Positions 9,380 through 22,123 are shown, counted from the stretch's first letter. The stretch is DNA of 64,000 bases from Myxococcota bacterium (GCA_039028615.1 JBCCHT010000001.1:32001-96000); one strand, 5' to 3'. Program-made: numbers and translations. Notes: generated by a model not told the origin, from the sequence alone.

Positions 9380-10501
9380 ATGATCATTTCCTGCCCCGAG
9401 TGCGCCGGTCCCTTCGAGGTCCCCGACGAGCAGATCGCCGCCTTGGTGCAGGTGGAGTGTCCGAACTGCGCCTTTCGGATGATCCTCGACTTTGCTGCCG
9501 CCAACGACCCCGGCTTGGTCGAAGAAGGCATGCGGATGGCCGCTGGCTTCCGCACCGCCGCGGACTACCGCGCCAGCCGGCCCCCGAGCGCGGGGGTCAC
9601 GGTGACGTCCGAGCCGGAGCCCGCTCCCGCTCCCGTGGTCGCTGCACCCGAGCCCGAGCCGGAACCCGCCCCCGTGGTGGCCGAGCCCGAGCCCGAGCCC
9701 ACCCCGGTGGTTGCGGCACCCGAGCCCGAACCTGCGCCCGTGGTCGCGGAGCCCGAACCCGAGCCCGAGCCCACCCCGGTGGTTGCGGCACCCGAGCCCG
9801 AGCCGGAGCCCGTGGTCGCGGCACCCGAGCCCGAACCCGTGGCCCCGGCTGCGACCCTCAGCCCCGAGCTACCGGTCGGTCCGCCACAGCCCACGGCGAC
9901 GCTCGACGACGAGATCGAGACCCGCGTGCACATCTCTCGGCCCGCCGAAGAGGTGGCGCGCCCGGAGCCCGAGCCCGCTGCCCCGCCGGTACGCACGCCT
10001 CCCGTCGAGCCCGCGGCCGAAGCCGCCCCCACGCGGCAACCAGAGCCCTCGGTCGTCCCGGACATCGACGACGACGACGAGCCGCCCACGCTCGATCGAG
10101 CGGCCGCGCCCCGCGAGCAACCCGCCGCGGTGGCCGCCAAGGCAACTCCCATCGAGGATGAGCGCGCCAAGCCACGCGAGCGCGAAGTCGAGGTCGAGAC
10201 CACGCCTTCGGGTCGCAGCCGCGTTCCGCCGCATACGCCCCCCGGTCCCGCGCAGGCCTCCAAGGCCGAAGACGCCGACAAGCCGGAGAAGCCGGCGGAC
10301 AAGCCCCGCCCGCGGGTCGAGTCACTCGACGACACCCCGGCGAGCACCGAAGACAAAGGCATGTCCGGCTTCGGCGTGGCGGTCGTGGTGATCCTGCTGC
10401 TCATGGCGGGTGGCTTGGTCGCGGCGAGCTTGGCGCTGGAGAACACGGTCGATCCCCGACCGCTGCTCGAGAAGCTGTATCGCGACAACATCAAGGGCTG
10501 A
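9380..10501 (+). CDS. Zinc-ribbon (MJ0042-type) protein with Pro/Glu repeat linker and C-terminal TM helix
   Basis: N-terminal CPEC...CPNC; repeated PVVA(A)PEPEPEP units; hydrophobic helix near the C-terminus. Confidence 0.8.
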   Translation: MIISCPECAGPFEVPDEQIAALVQVECPNCAFRMILDFAAANDPGLVEEGMRMAAGFRTAADYRASRPPSAGVTVTSEPEPAPAPVVAAPEPEPEPAPVVAEPEPEPTPVVAAPEPEPAPVVAEPEPEPEPTPVVAAPEPEPEPVVAAPEPEPVAPAATLSPELPVGPPQPTATLDDEIETRVHISRPAEEVARPEPEPAAPPVRTPPVEPAAEAAPTRQPEPSVVPDIDDDDEPPTLDRAAAPREQPAAVAAKATPIEDERAKPREREVEVETTPSGRSRVPPHTPPGPAQASKAEDADKPEKPADKPRPRVESLDDTPASTEDKGMSGFGVAVVVILLLMAGGLVAASLALENTVDPRPLLEKLYRDNIKG

Positions 10502-10565
10502 TGACGCCCGTCCTCCGCTTCGGGACGACCGGCGCCGGCCCCTCCGTGCAAGACTGGCCTCCGCA

Positions 10566-11312
10566 GTGAAGGAGGCTCTCGAAGGGCTGGATGCACGCGC
10601 GGTCGCCCAGCGGTTGGCCGTGCTTCCCGAGCGAAGCATGCGAGTGGCGCGACTGTCCGAGATCGTGGCGGCGGCCGACCCGAACGACGCCGCCTGGCTG
10701 CTCGACGCCCTCGCCACGGCGGGGCGGGCCGGCGGCCCTCCCTTCGACGTCAGCCTGCTCGCTGCAGTGGATCTCTTCGATGGAGATCGACTGAACTACG
10801 ACCAACGGCGAGCCATCTTCGAGGCGGCCGAGGCCCGCGGCCTCGCCGCGTGCACCGATCTCATGATGTCGCAGGCCCAGATCGCCGACGAGCAGGTCAC
10901 CGCGCCGCGCTCGCTGGTGCCCGGCACGCGCCCGCTCACCTTGGGCGAGCGCAAGAGCCTGGCGCGCTCGTGGGACCGCAACGTGCTCGAGCGCCTGCTC
11001 GTCGATCCGCACACGGACGTGGTGCGCCTGCTGTTGTCCAACCCCCACGTCACCGAGGACGACATCGTTCGCATCGCCACCGCCCGCAACAGCTCGGCCG
11101 CGGTGCTCGACCTCATCCTTCGCTCGCGGCGCTGGGGCGTCGCCCCGAGGATCCGCCGCGCGCTGGTCCGCAACCCTCGGCTGCCCCTGGCCACCGCGTT
11201 GCGGCTCCTGGGGCTGCTCAACCGGCGAGAGCTGCAGGAGCTGGCGCAGGAACCCCACCTGCCGCTTCGGCTGGCCAACGCGTTGCAGCGCCGCCTGCGG
11301 CCGGTGGTCTGA
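10566..11312 (+). CDS. Conserved hypothetical helical-repeat protein
   Basis: Open frame with host-like codon usage; repeated LL.NP / LVRNP motifs and TLGERKSLAR. GTG 10566 chosen as start (ORF track extends to 10410). Confidence 0.65.
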   Translation: MKEALEGLDARAVAQRLAVLPERSMRVARLSEIVAAADPNDAAWLLDALATAGRAGGPPFDVSLLAAVDLFDGDRLNYDQRRAIFEAAEARGLAACTDLMMSQAQIADEQVTAPRSLVPGTRPLTLGERKSLARSWDRNVLERLLVDPHTDVVRLLLSNPHVTEDDIVRIATARNSSAAVLDLILRSRRWGVAPRIRRALVRNPRLPLATALRLLGLLNRRELQELAQEPHLPLRLANALQRRLRPVV

Positions 11313-11360
11313 CTCCCATCGCGTCCCTCCGCCGCGCGGGCGGAGCGTTCGTCGGATCGC

Positions 11361-11609
11361 TCAGGCCTTCGAGCTCGACTCGCCGCTCTTTTTGGGCGTC
11401 ACGTCGATCTCGTCGCCATCGTCGTCGTGGGCGATCGCCTTGGCGTCGGCGGCCTTGTCCTCGTCGATGCCCTTCATCTCCTTTTTGAAGCCGCGGAGCA
11501 TCTTGCCCACGCCTTCTCCGAGCTGCGGGAGCTTGGACGGGCCGAAGACCAGAATGACCACGGCCACGATGATGATGATCTCCATCGTGCCGAGCACTGC
11601 GAGAAGCAT
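11361..11609 (-). CDS. tatA: Twin-arginine translocase subunit TatA/E
   Basis: N-terminal TM helix, FGPSKLPQLGEGVGKMLRGFKKEM amphipathic helix, acidic tail. Confidence 0.93.
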   Translation of the reverse strand: MLLAVLGTMEIIIIVAVVILVFGPSKLPQLGEGVGKMLRGFKKEMKGIDEDKAADAKAIAHDDDGDEIDVTPKKSGESSSKA

Positions 11610-11658
11610 GGGAGGAAAGGTAGTCGTCTTTGTCGGCCTTTGCTAGCGTGACGAGTCG

Positions 11659-13719
11659 ATGAGCGCCGGCCCCCACCGAAGTCACGACCGGGGAGAGCGC
11701 ACGTCGGCCTCCTACCTGCCCAAGTGGGGGGGTCGGATTGCGGTGTTGGCTGCCCTTTTGGCCATCCCAGCCCCGTCGAGCCCCGCCCACGCCCAGATCC
11801 GGGCTCACCGCACCGACGCCGAGCCAGGCCGACAGCGGGTGGGCCAGGTGTGGGCCTCCACCGCGGGGCGGGCCCGGGTTCGGAGCGACCGACCCGACGG
11901 AGACGTGCTCCACGTGGCCTGGGCGCCTCCGCCCGACGACCCCGATGCCTCGCTCCGGCAGTCGCTCGCGGCCTTCGAGCGGGCCAGCTTTCCCGAGGGG
12001 GGATCGGCCCCCAGCCTCATCGAGACGCCGCCCGAGGCGTGGATGGTCGACCTGCGCAAGCCCGCCTTGCCCGTGCGGTGGAACGACCGCCTCGTCGACT
12101 ACCTCCGCTACTTTCGCGACCGTGACCCGGGCCGCGCCCTCATGAAGGGCTGGCTGCGTCGCGCGGGTCGTTACGAAGGCCGCCTGCGCGCCATCCTGAA
12201 GGAAGTCGGGGTCCCCGAGGACCTGGTGTTCGTGGCCCTGGCCGAGTCCGGCTTCAACCCCCGCGTGCGCTCGCGGGTGGGCGCGGGCGGGCTTTGGCAG
12301 TTCATGGACGCCACCGGCAAGGTCTACGGCCTGCGCCAAGACTTCTGGCTCGACGAGCGCTTCGACTTCGAGAAATCGAGCTACGCCGCCGCGGCCTACC
12401 TCGCCTACCTGCACGCGCGCTTCGGCTCGTGGGAGCTGGCCCTGGCCGCCTACAACGCGGGCTACGGGCTGGTGATGACCTCGGTCGATCGCCACAACAC
12501 CAACAGCTTCTGGGCGCTGACCCGCGTCGAGAGCGGGCTGCCCTACGCCACCGTCAACTACGTGCCCAAGATCATCGCCGCCGCGCTGGTCGGCCGTAAC
12601 CGCGAGACCTTCGGCTACACCAAGGACGACGTCCGGCCGCTGGCCGCCGTGGACTGGGTCGAGGTCAAGCTGACTCGATCCACGCGATTCGAAGACCTCG
12701 CCACGCTCATCGAGGTCGACGCGTCGCTGCTCGCGGAGATCAACGGCGGCTACCTCCGGGGTCGCACGCCGCCCGAGCGCGCCGCCACCGTTCGGATCCC
12801 CCGCGACCGGGCCGAGGCCTTCGCCGCCGCCCGGCCGAAGCTCGAGGCCCTGTGGCGCACCGAGAGCACCCTCACCGTCAAGCACGGGGAGAAGCTCGGC
12901 ACCATCGCTCGCCGCCACGGGATCAAGGAACGCACGCTGCGTTCGCTCAACGGCATTCGCGACTCGGCCGAGGTCAGCGGCGGCATCGTGCTTGTGGTCC
13001 CCGCAAAGAAGGGTTCCGAGGCCCACGCCAGCGCCACGACTCCCGAGGTCCCGCTGGCGGCCGTGCCCGCGCTCGCCGTGGATGACGAGCATCGCCTGGT
13101 GTTCTTCGAGACCAACCGCGCCAGCACGCCGCCCGTGCTCGAAGAGGCGTTCGGCGTGCGCTGGTCCGACATCGTGCGGTGGAACGACCTCGATCCGCGC
13201 GCGCGCCTCCAAGACGGCCTGCTGATTCAGGTCGTCGTGCCCCGCAGCTTCGACGCTCCCTCGCGACAGCTGGCGATCTACGAGCGCACCGAGGTCGAGC
13301 ACGTGGAGCGAGGCTCCCGGGCGCACCTCGAGGCCGAGCTCGATCGCCGCGGCAAACGACGACGAGGCTACCGGGTGCGCTCCGGGGACACGCTGGCCAA
13401 GATCGGCAAGCGCTTCGGGCTCAGCATCGGCGACCTGTCGCGCATCAACGCGGTGCCCCGCGGCCACGCGCCGAAGGCGGGCGAGGTCCTCGTGGTGTAC
13501 GTGCCCAAGGGTCGTACGCAGGGCACGTTGCGGGCCCCGGCTCCGCTGGGCTTTTCCGACCGCGAAAAATCCGGAGCGGCGCGCAAGCCCTCCACCGCCG
13601 ACACCGCTCGCCTGCCCGGTCGCGACGGTCCGGCGGCCGCGCCCAAGCGCTCGACGCCCAAGGCCAAGCCGCAGCGTGCTCCCTCGCGGGCCGACACCGC
13701 CGCCGTACCGGGGCGCTGA
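11659..13719 (+). CDS. mltD: MltD-like lytic transglycosylase with LysM domains
   Basis: SLT motifs ALAESGF, GLWQFM, ALAAYNAG and YVPKI; several LysM repeats (VKHGEKLGTIARRHG, VRSGDTLAKIGKRFG). Confidence 0.88.
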   Translation: MSAGPHRSHDRGERTSASYLPKWGGRIAVLAALLAIPAPSSPAHAQIRAHRTDAEPGRQRVGQVWASTAGRARVRSDRPDGDVLHVAWAPPPDDPDASLRQSLAAFERASFPEGGSAPSLIETPPEAWMVDLRKPALPVRWNDRLVDYLRYFRDRDPGRALMKGWLRRAGRYEGRLRAILKEVGVPEDLVFVALAESGFNPRVRSRVGAGGLWQFMDATGKVYGLRQDFWLDERFDFEKSSYAAAAYLAYLHARFGSWELALAAYNAGYGLVMTSVDRHNTNSFWALTRVESGLPYATVNYVPKIIAAALVGRNRETFGYTKDDVRPLAAVDWVEVKLTRSTRFEDLATLIEVDASLLAEINGGYLRGRTPPERAATVRIPRDRAEAFAAARPKLEALWRTESTLTVKHGEKLGTIARRHGIKERTLRSLNGIRDSAEVSGGIVLVVPAKKGSEAHASATTPEVPLAAVPALAVDDEHRLVFFETNRASTPPVLEEAFGVRWSDIVRWNDLDPRARLQDGLLIQVVVPRSFDAPSRQLAIYERTEVEHVERGSRAHLEAELDRRGKRRRGYRVRSGDTLAKIGKRFGLSIGDLSRINAVPRGHAPKAGEVLVVYVPKGRTQGTLRAPAPLGFSDREKSGAARKPSTADTARLPGRDGPAAAPKRSTPKAKPQRAPSRADTAAVPGR

Positions 13720-13830
13720 GTTCGTCTCCGCCTCGGGTGTCGTGCGGCTTCCCGTTTGAACTGACGACGTTTCCCAACCGCCGATGTGCGGCCCGAGCCT
13801 GCGCCCCCTCCCCTGCCCCGACCCCGTATC

Positions 13831-15087
13831 ATGAAGACCACCATGCTGATCTCCGTCGACGAGGCCCAATCGCAGGTCCTCGAGCGCTGTGCGTCGCTGT
13901 CCAGCGAGCGCATCGGCGTGGCCGACGTGGACGGCCGGGTCTGCGCCGAGACTCTGCACGCGCAGTGGGACCTGCCGCAGCGCGACGTCAGCGTGATGGA
14001 CGGCTATGCGGTGCGCAGCCTCGACGTGGCGAATGCCCGCGCCTGCGGCAACGCGATCGTCCTCCAGGTCCGCGGCGAGAGTGCGGCCGGGCATCCGTCA
14101 TCGCGGACGCTCGAGGCCGGGTTCGCGGCGCGCATCTCCACCGGAGCCGTGCTGCCCGACGGCGCGGACGCAGTCATCGCCCAAGAAGACACGCGCCGCG
14201 CCGGCGACCAGCTGATGGTCGACGACGCCTCCCTCGGCACGCTCGAGCCGGGCACCTTCGTGCGACCGCGAGGACGAGAGCTGCGCGAGGGTGATGTCCT
14301 CGTCGAGCCCGGGCATCGGCTCGGCCCCGGCGACATCGCGCTGCTGAGCGGCAGCGGCCACGCCCAGGTCTCCGTGGCCCGACGCCCTCACGTCGCGATC
14401 CTCGGCACGGGCGACGAGCTGGTCCCCGTGGGCCAGCGGCCCGCCCCCGGCCAAGTGGTGAGCTCCAACGGCCTGGTGCTCTCGGCCTTGGTCCGTCGCG
14501 CGGGGGCGGTGCCGGTCGAGCTCCCCGACGTCGGTGACGATCGAGACCGACTGCGCGCCGCCCTGCAACGCGGGCTCGAGGCCGACGTGCTCGTCACCTC
14601 GGGGGGCATCTCCGTCGGCGACCACGATCTCGTGCACGGCCAGCTCTCGGAGCTCGGCGTGCAGACGCACTTCCGCGGCATCGCCCTGCGCCCGGGCAAG
14701 CCGACCACCTTCGGCACCACTGCCGACTGCCGCGTGTTCGCGCTGCCCGGCAACCCGGCGAGCAGCTTGGTCACCTTCGCTCTGTTCGTACACCCGGCCC
14801 TGCGACGCCTGGCCGGCATCGACGGGGACCCGCGGCTGCCCCGTCGTCGCGTCCGCTTGAGCGCGCCCGCTCGGGGGGCAGGCCGTCGCGCGCACTACCT
14901 TCGCGCCATCGCCCGAGGCGACGAAGCCGAGCCCTTGAGCGTGCAGCAATCGGGCAACCTGCGCTCGATCGCGGGCGCCGACCTGTTGGTCATCGTCCCC
15001 GCGGGCGTGTCCGAAATTCCCGCGGGCGAGACGGTCGACGCCGTGCAGCTCGAGCCCTCGCCCCACGAACGCAGCGCGCAGTCATGA
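13831..15087 (+). CDS. moeA: Molybdopterin molybdotransferase MoeA
   Basis: SVMDGYAVR, ISTGAVLPDGADAVI, GTGDEL, TSGGISVGDHD, PGKP and LPGNPAS motifs. Start 13831 or 13843. Confidence 0.95.
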   Translation: MKTTMLISVDEAQSQVLERCASLSSERIGVADVDGRVCAETLHAQWDLPQRDVSVMDGYAVRSLDVANARACGNAIVLQVRGESAAGHPSSRTLEAGFAARISTGAVLPDGADAVIAQEDTRRAGDQLMVDDASLGTLEPGTFVRPRGRELREGDVLVEPGHRLGPGDIALLSGSGHAQVSVARRPHVAILGTGDELVPVGQRPAPGQVVSSNGLVLSALVRRAGAVPVELPDVGDDRDRLRAALQRGLEADVLVTSGGISVGDHDLVHGQLSELGVQTHFRGIALRPGKPTTFGTTADCRVFALPGNPASSLVTFALFVHPALRRLAGIDGDPRLPRRRVRLSAPARGAGRRAHYLRAIARGDEAEPLSVQQSGNLRSIAGADLLVIVPAGVSEIPAGETVDAVQLEPSPHERSAQS

Positions 15088-16037
15088 GCGACGACTTCGA
15101 GGAGCTGACCCACGACGTCGTCGATCCCGACGACTTCGGCGCGCGAGCCGACGTCGTGGTCGGCCGTCGCATGTCCGGGATCTCGCGGCGAGTCGCCCGC
15201 AGCTTGGGGCTCCAGGGGCGCCTGTACCTCGACGGCAAGAAGATCACCCCGTCGACCCGCGTGAAGGAGGGCTCCCGCGTCAGCCTTCGGGTGCAGCGGA
15301 CCGTGGCGGCGCAGCCGGCTCGGATCCTCGAGTGCACCGACGACTTCGTCTACGTGCTCAAACCGGCCGGGATGCACACCCAGCGCCTGCGGCCGGGGGA
15401 TGCGGCGACCTTGGCCGACGCAGTGGCGCTCGACTATCCCGAGTGTCGTAGGGCAAGCCCTGACCCCCGCCAGGGAGGCGCCGTCCATCGCCTCGATCGC
15501 GACACGACGGGGGTCGTCGCGTTCGCCCGCAGCCTCGATGCATGGCGAAGAGCACGGGACGGTTTTCGAGCACGCAAGGTCTTGAAGCTCTATCGCGCGC
15601 AGGTCCAACCCGGGCCGGAGGCACCGACATGGCCGCCGCGAGGCCGCGACTTGTCCGACGTCGGCGAGGAACCGCCGACCGGTTCCTGGCCCGCCCTGAC
15701 CGGTCCTGGAGTGATGATTTCTGCCCCGCTCGGCGCCGCGGGACGACGGCTCGTCGAGGTCCGCGACAGCGGTCGGCTCGCGATCACGCACGCGTGGAGC
15801 CTGCCGGGGAGCACGCCTACCCGACAGAATCTCGTTTTGCGTCTCGTTACCGGGCACCGCCATCAAGCCCGTGTTCATCTGCGCTGGCTGGACCGTCCCA
15901 TCGTTGGCGACGCCCTCTACGGCGGCCCGAAGGCGGACTCGATGCGGCTGCATGCGACGACGCTCGACCTCGGTGGTGCGTGCCCCGGCGAACCCCGAGT
16001 CGAGGTGCCGGTGCCGGAGATCTGGGAGGAAGCGTGA
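15084..16037 (+). CDS. RluA-family pseudouridine synthase
   Basis: KPAG, catalytic HRLDRDTTG, TGHRHQARVH, PIVGDALYG; 4-bp overlap with the moeA stop. Confidence 0.92.
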   Translation: MSDDFEELTHDVVDPDDFGARADVVVGRRMSGISRRVARSLGLQGRLYLDGKKITPSTRVKEGSRVSLRVQRTVAAQPARILECTDDFVYVLKPAGMHTQRLRPGDAATLADAVALDYPECRRASPDPRQGGAVHRLDRDTTGVVAFARSLDAWRRARDGFRARKVLKLYRAQVQPGPEAPTWPPRGRDLSDVGEEPPTGSWPALTGPGVMISAPLGAAGRRLVEVRDSGRLAITHAWSLPGSTPTRQNLVLRLVTGHRHQARVHLRWLDRPIVGDALYGGPKADSMRLHATTLDLGGACPGEPRVEVPVPEIWEEA

Positions 16038-16137
16038 GCCGGACAACCGCCGTTGCGAAACAGGACCCTCGCGACGCTCGACATGGCCCTCGGATCACTC
16101 GCCAGGACCTCGCCCACCCTGTTATCGTTCCCACTGG

Positions 16138-16911
16138 ATGCGGATCCGCTATTTCGGACACACCGACGTGGGCCTCACCCGCGAGCACAACGAGGACTCC
16201 CACCTCGCTGACCCCGATCTGGGCGTGTTCGTGGTCGCAGACGGTGTCGGCGGACGGGCCAAGGGCGAGATCGCCAGCCAAGAAGCGGTCGAGCTGATCT
16301 GGGAGTGGCTCAAGCGCAACGAGACCACCATCCGCGACATCGCCCAGGGCGACGCGCGGGGCCGCAGCCCGCAGCTGTGCCAGCTGGTCCGCGGCGCGAT
16401 CCAAAACGCCTGCTACATGGTCCACACCATGGGCCAACTCGATCCCGAGCAACGGGGGATGAGCACTACCGCGTCCGTGTTCGTGGTCTGCGGGAACGTG
16501 GGCATCGTGGGGCAGGTGGGCGACTCGCGGGTGTACTTGGTCCGCAACGGCGAGGTCGATCAGCTCACCGAGGATCACACGCTCATCAACTACCAGCTCA
16601 AGCATGGGCTGATCACCGAAGAGCAGGCCCAGCGCTCGCACACGCGCAACGTCATCACGCGGGCGGTGGGGCACAAGGACTACGTCGAGGTCGACACGCT
16701 GCCGATTCCGCTATTCGCGGGAGACCGGGTGGTGCTGTGCTCCGATGGGTTCCATAGCTACATCGAGTCGTTCGATGAGATGCGGTACTTCCTCGACATG
16801 GAGGTGGAAGACGCGGTGCTCGAGGCGATTCGGTTTGCGAACGCGAAGGGTGGCAAGGACAACATCACGGCGTTGATGGTCGAGCTGCTCGATGATGATG
16901 CGGGGACCTGA
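16138..16911 (+). CDS. PP2C-family Ser/Thr phosphatase (Stp1-like)
   Basis: TDVGLTREHNEDS, VADGVGG, VGDSR, QLTEDH, LCSDG and GGKDNIT; ATG at 16138. Confidence 0.93.
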   Translation: MRIRYFGHTDVGLTREHNEDSHLADPDLGVFVVADGVGGRAKGEIASQEAVELIWEWLKRNETTIRDIAQGDARGRSPQLCQLVRGAIQNACYMVHTMGQLDPEQRGMSTTASVFVVCGNVGIVGQVGDSRVYLVRNGEVDQLTEDHTLINYQLKHGLITEEQAQRSHTRNVITRAVGHKDYVEVDTLPIPLFAGDRVVLCSDGFHSYIESFDEMRYFLDMEVEDAVLEAIRFANAKGGKDNITALMVELLDDDAGT

Positions 16912-16928
16912 GCCACGCCGTCGTTGGA

Positions 16929-17284
16929 AGTGAAGGCCGGTAGGGGTTCCTGCCGGCCTTCTTCGTTGGTTCGGGGGCGCGAGGGGGCTTGGGTTAGGCG
17001 CTCGGGGTGTGGGCAGGGTTGGCGTGCCGGTCTTGGGGTCGCCTGTTCGACCAGGCGAGGTTACCGGCCATGCTCAAACAGTGGTTTCACGCCTAGCGGC
17101 AGCGTACCTACGCGTTCGAGCTTGGTGGACTGCGATTGGTTGTGGGCGAGGCGCTACCAAAACTGCGCGTGGCCGGTAACCTCGCCTGGACGAGCGGCTC
17201 CCAGCTCGCTCGGTAAAGGTGGGCCGATCCACAGGGGCGGGTTGATGGGTTGGTGGCGCGCCAAGGGGTTAGTGGGCGTTCGGA
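16929..17284 (+). repeat. Long inverted repeat, left arm, containing structured repeat copy D (subfamily 2; core ~17041-17200)
   Basis: Matches the reverse complement of 17810-18188; same core as copies A-C but closed by a different perfect 20-bp stem CCAGGCGAGGTTACCGGCCA (17051-17070)/TGGCCGGTAACCTCGCCTGG (17170-17189). Confidence 0.92.
16932..16967 (+). terminator. Terminator-like hairpin at the outer end of the left arm, 20 nt after the PP2C stop
   Basis: GAAGGCCGGTAGG-GGTT-CCTGCCGGCCTTC followed by TTCGTT (weak U tract). Confidence 0.55.
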
Positions 17285-17466
17285 GGTGTGGCTCGTTGCG
17301 GGGAAGGTTGGGCTGCGGAACTCGGAGGTGTGGCGGGGAGGCACTCCCATTCGACTGCTGGTGTACGGCGCGACTTCCGGGCAGGGGGGCGCGGATGTGA
17401 TCGAACGCAGTTCGACTAGACTAGACTAGACTGGACGGTGGACCGCCGCGCTCCGTTGCTTCAGTC

Positions 17467-17724
17467 ATGACTGCCCCGTCGCCCAACGCACACGACCGGA
17501 TTCATCTGTGGGTCAACTTGACGCTGATGGGCGGAGGATCGGCTCTCGTCGCCTGGGCGACCTGGACCGTGGCCGTGGTGCCCATCGTTTGGCGCATCGT
17601 GGTGGCATGCTTCGCGTTCGCCTCGGCCTGGATGGTCGCCACCTGGCTAGTCCCGCGCCTGACCGGCCCCACCATCGACCACTGGTTCGGCCAGCAACGC
17701 AGCGAAACTACGGGCTCCGAGTAG
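17467..17724 (+). CDS. Small two-TM membrane protein between the inverted repeats
   Basis: 85 aa with two hydrophobic Trp-rich helices and host-like codon usage; no family recognised. Confidence 0.6.
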   Translation: MTAPSPNAHDRIHLWVNLTLMGGGSALVAWATWTVAVVPIVWRIVVACFAFASAWMVATWLVPRLTGPTIDHWFGQQRSETTGSE

Positions 17725-17809
17725 CGCCGCATTCACCCCGCGCCGCCCACCGAACCGCAACAGAAACAGAACTCCAAAAGCCCTCCACTCGCTCACGCGC
17801 CGACTAGCT

Positions 17810-18188
17810 TCCGACCCCCCCACCAGCCCCTTGGCGCGCCACCACCCCATCAACCCGCCCCTGTGGATCGGCCCCACCTGCACCGAGTAAGCTGGGAGCC
17901 GCTCGTCCAGGCGAGGTTACCGGCCACGCGCAGTTTTGGTAGCGCCTCGCCCACGCCCAATCGCGGTCCACCAAGCCCGAGCGCGTAGGTACGCTGCCGC
18001 TAGGCGTGAAACCACTGTTTGAGCATGGCCGGTAACCTCGCCTGGTCGAACAGGCGACCCCTCGACCGGCACGCCACCCCGCCCCCCCCCCCCCGGGCCG
18101 AGCCCCACCCCCCGAGCGCCTAACCCACGCCCCCTCGCGCCCCCGAACCAACGAAGAAGGCCGGCAGGAACCCCCACCGGCCTTCACC
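17810..18188 (-). repeat. Long inverted repeat, right arm, containing structured repeat copy E (subfamily 2; core ~17897-18056)
   Basis: Reverse complement of 16929-17284 with scattered substitutions and a C-rich insertion; stem arms at 17907-17926 and 18026-18045; outer hairpin 18156-18185 lies just after the gcvP stop. Confidence 0.92.
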
Positions 18189-18206
18189 TCGACGAGAAAC
18201 CGCCGC

Positions 18207-21077
<2,871 letters not shown>

Positions 21078-21205
21078 GGCGAACCGCGGGGACCATAGTC
21101 CACGTTGACCGCCGTGGCCACGCTGCAACGCGCACGCGCGACGCTTTTATGCGTGCGCTTCCAAGCCCCCCGCCGCGCAGGGGCTTGCACATCGGGTCGA
21201 CCCTC

Positions 21206-22123
21206 TCAACGACGTCGACTGAATCGACGGCCAACCATGGGCACACGCGACAACAGCCGCCGCGCCCGTTCCTCGAGTAGATCGTCGCCGAAGTACTCGC
21301 GCAGCTCAGGGTCTTGGCTGCGGCGTCGCCCGGAGATGGCGGCTTCGACGTAACCCGCGACCATCGCCACCCCCCGCAGATCGCGATCGTGCACGGAGGC
21401 GGCCACCGCTCGCTCTGCGAGCACCAGCGGATGCAGTCCCACCTGCCACCCTTCGGCGCCGTGTTTTCGGAAGCCGCGTAGGCCCCCGCGCAGCACCCCC
21501 GCCTCGCTCGCCTCCACCGCCAAGTCGTCGAAGATCGGCGTACGCCAGCCGCGGTTGCGCGCTCGCACCCCGGTGCTCTCCGCCCAGCGCGGCACGGGGC
21601 GCATGCCCAGCTCTTCGACGCACTCGCGTCGCCAGACCCGGAGATCGGCACGCGGCACGCCATCGACCACATCCCTCGTGCGGAGCACGCGGCCGTCGTC
21701 GCCGACCTCGGTGATCACGCACGACGCGATACCGACACTTCGGTCGCGCTCACACCGAGCGATGATCTCGGCCATCAGCTGAGGGGCGCACCGCAGGTCG
21801 GCGTCGACATGAACCATATAGTGATGGTCGATGCGCTCGGCCTCGGCGAACTCGGTCGCCGTGCGAAGGCCGCGAGTGACGAGCTCGGCGTGAGACCGAC
21901 ACTCGCCGTTGGGCAGGCGCGGGAGCGCGACGCCGTGCACCCACGGCAACCGGGCCGAGATCCGCTCGATCCGGGCCATGGTGTCGTCGCCGCTGCCGTC
22001 GTCGATGATGAGCCACAGCGCGGGTCGCCGTTCCTGCGCGCGCATGGTCGCAACGAGATCGTCCAGTTGGTCCGCATCCTCACGGACCGGCGTCACCAAC
22101 AAATACGACGACGGGTATCCCAT
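21206..22123 (-). CDS. Family 2 (GT-A) glycosyltransferase
   Basis: YLLVTPVRED, IIDDGSGDDT and DAD (VDADL) motifs. Start 22123 or upstream (ORF track gives 22177). Confidence 0.8.
   Translation of the reverse strand: MGYPSSYLLVTPVREDADQLDDLVATMRAQERRPALWLIIDDGSGDDTMARIERISARLPWVHGVALPRLPNGECRSHAELVTRGLRTATEFAEAERIDHHYMVHVDADLRCAPQLMAEIIARCERDRSVGIASCVITEVGDDGRVLRTRDVVDGVPRADLRVWRRECVEELGMRPVPRWAESTGVRARNRGWRTPIFDDLAVEASEAGVLRGGLRGFRKHGAEGWQVGLHPLVLAERAVAASVHDRDLRGVAMVAGYVEAAISGRRRSQDPELREYFGDDLLEERARRLLSRVPMVGRRFSRRR

Noticed and set aside
9605..9845. DNA tandem repeat as an independent element
   Set aside because: It is in frame and encodes the [12 protein letters not shown] linker of the zinc-ribbon protein.
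17928..17945. tRNA gene suggested by GCGCAGTTTTGGTAGCGC, which resembles a tRNA-Pro D-arm (present in all five repeat copies)
   Set aside because: No anticodon arm, T-arm (GGTTCRA) or acceptor stem follows. A tRNA-derived origin cannot be excluded but is unsupported.
21078..21205. Glycine riboswitch upstream of gcvP
   Set aside because: The gap is short and lacks recognisable GGAGA...CCGAAG...CTCTCAGG aptamer motifs.
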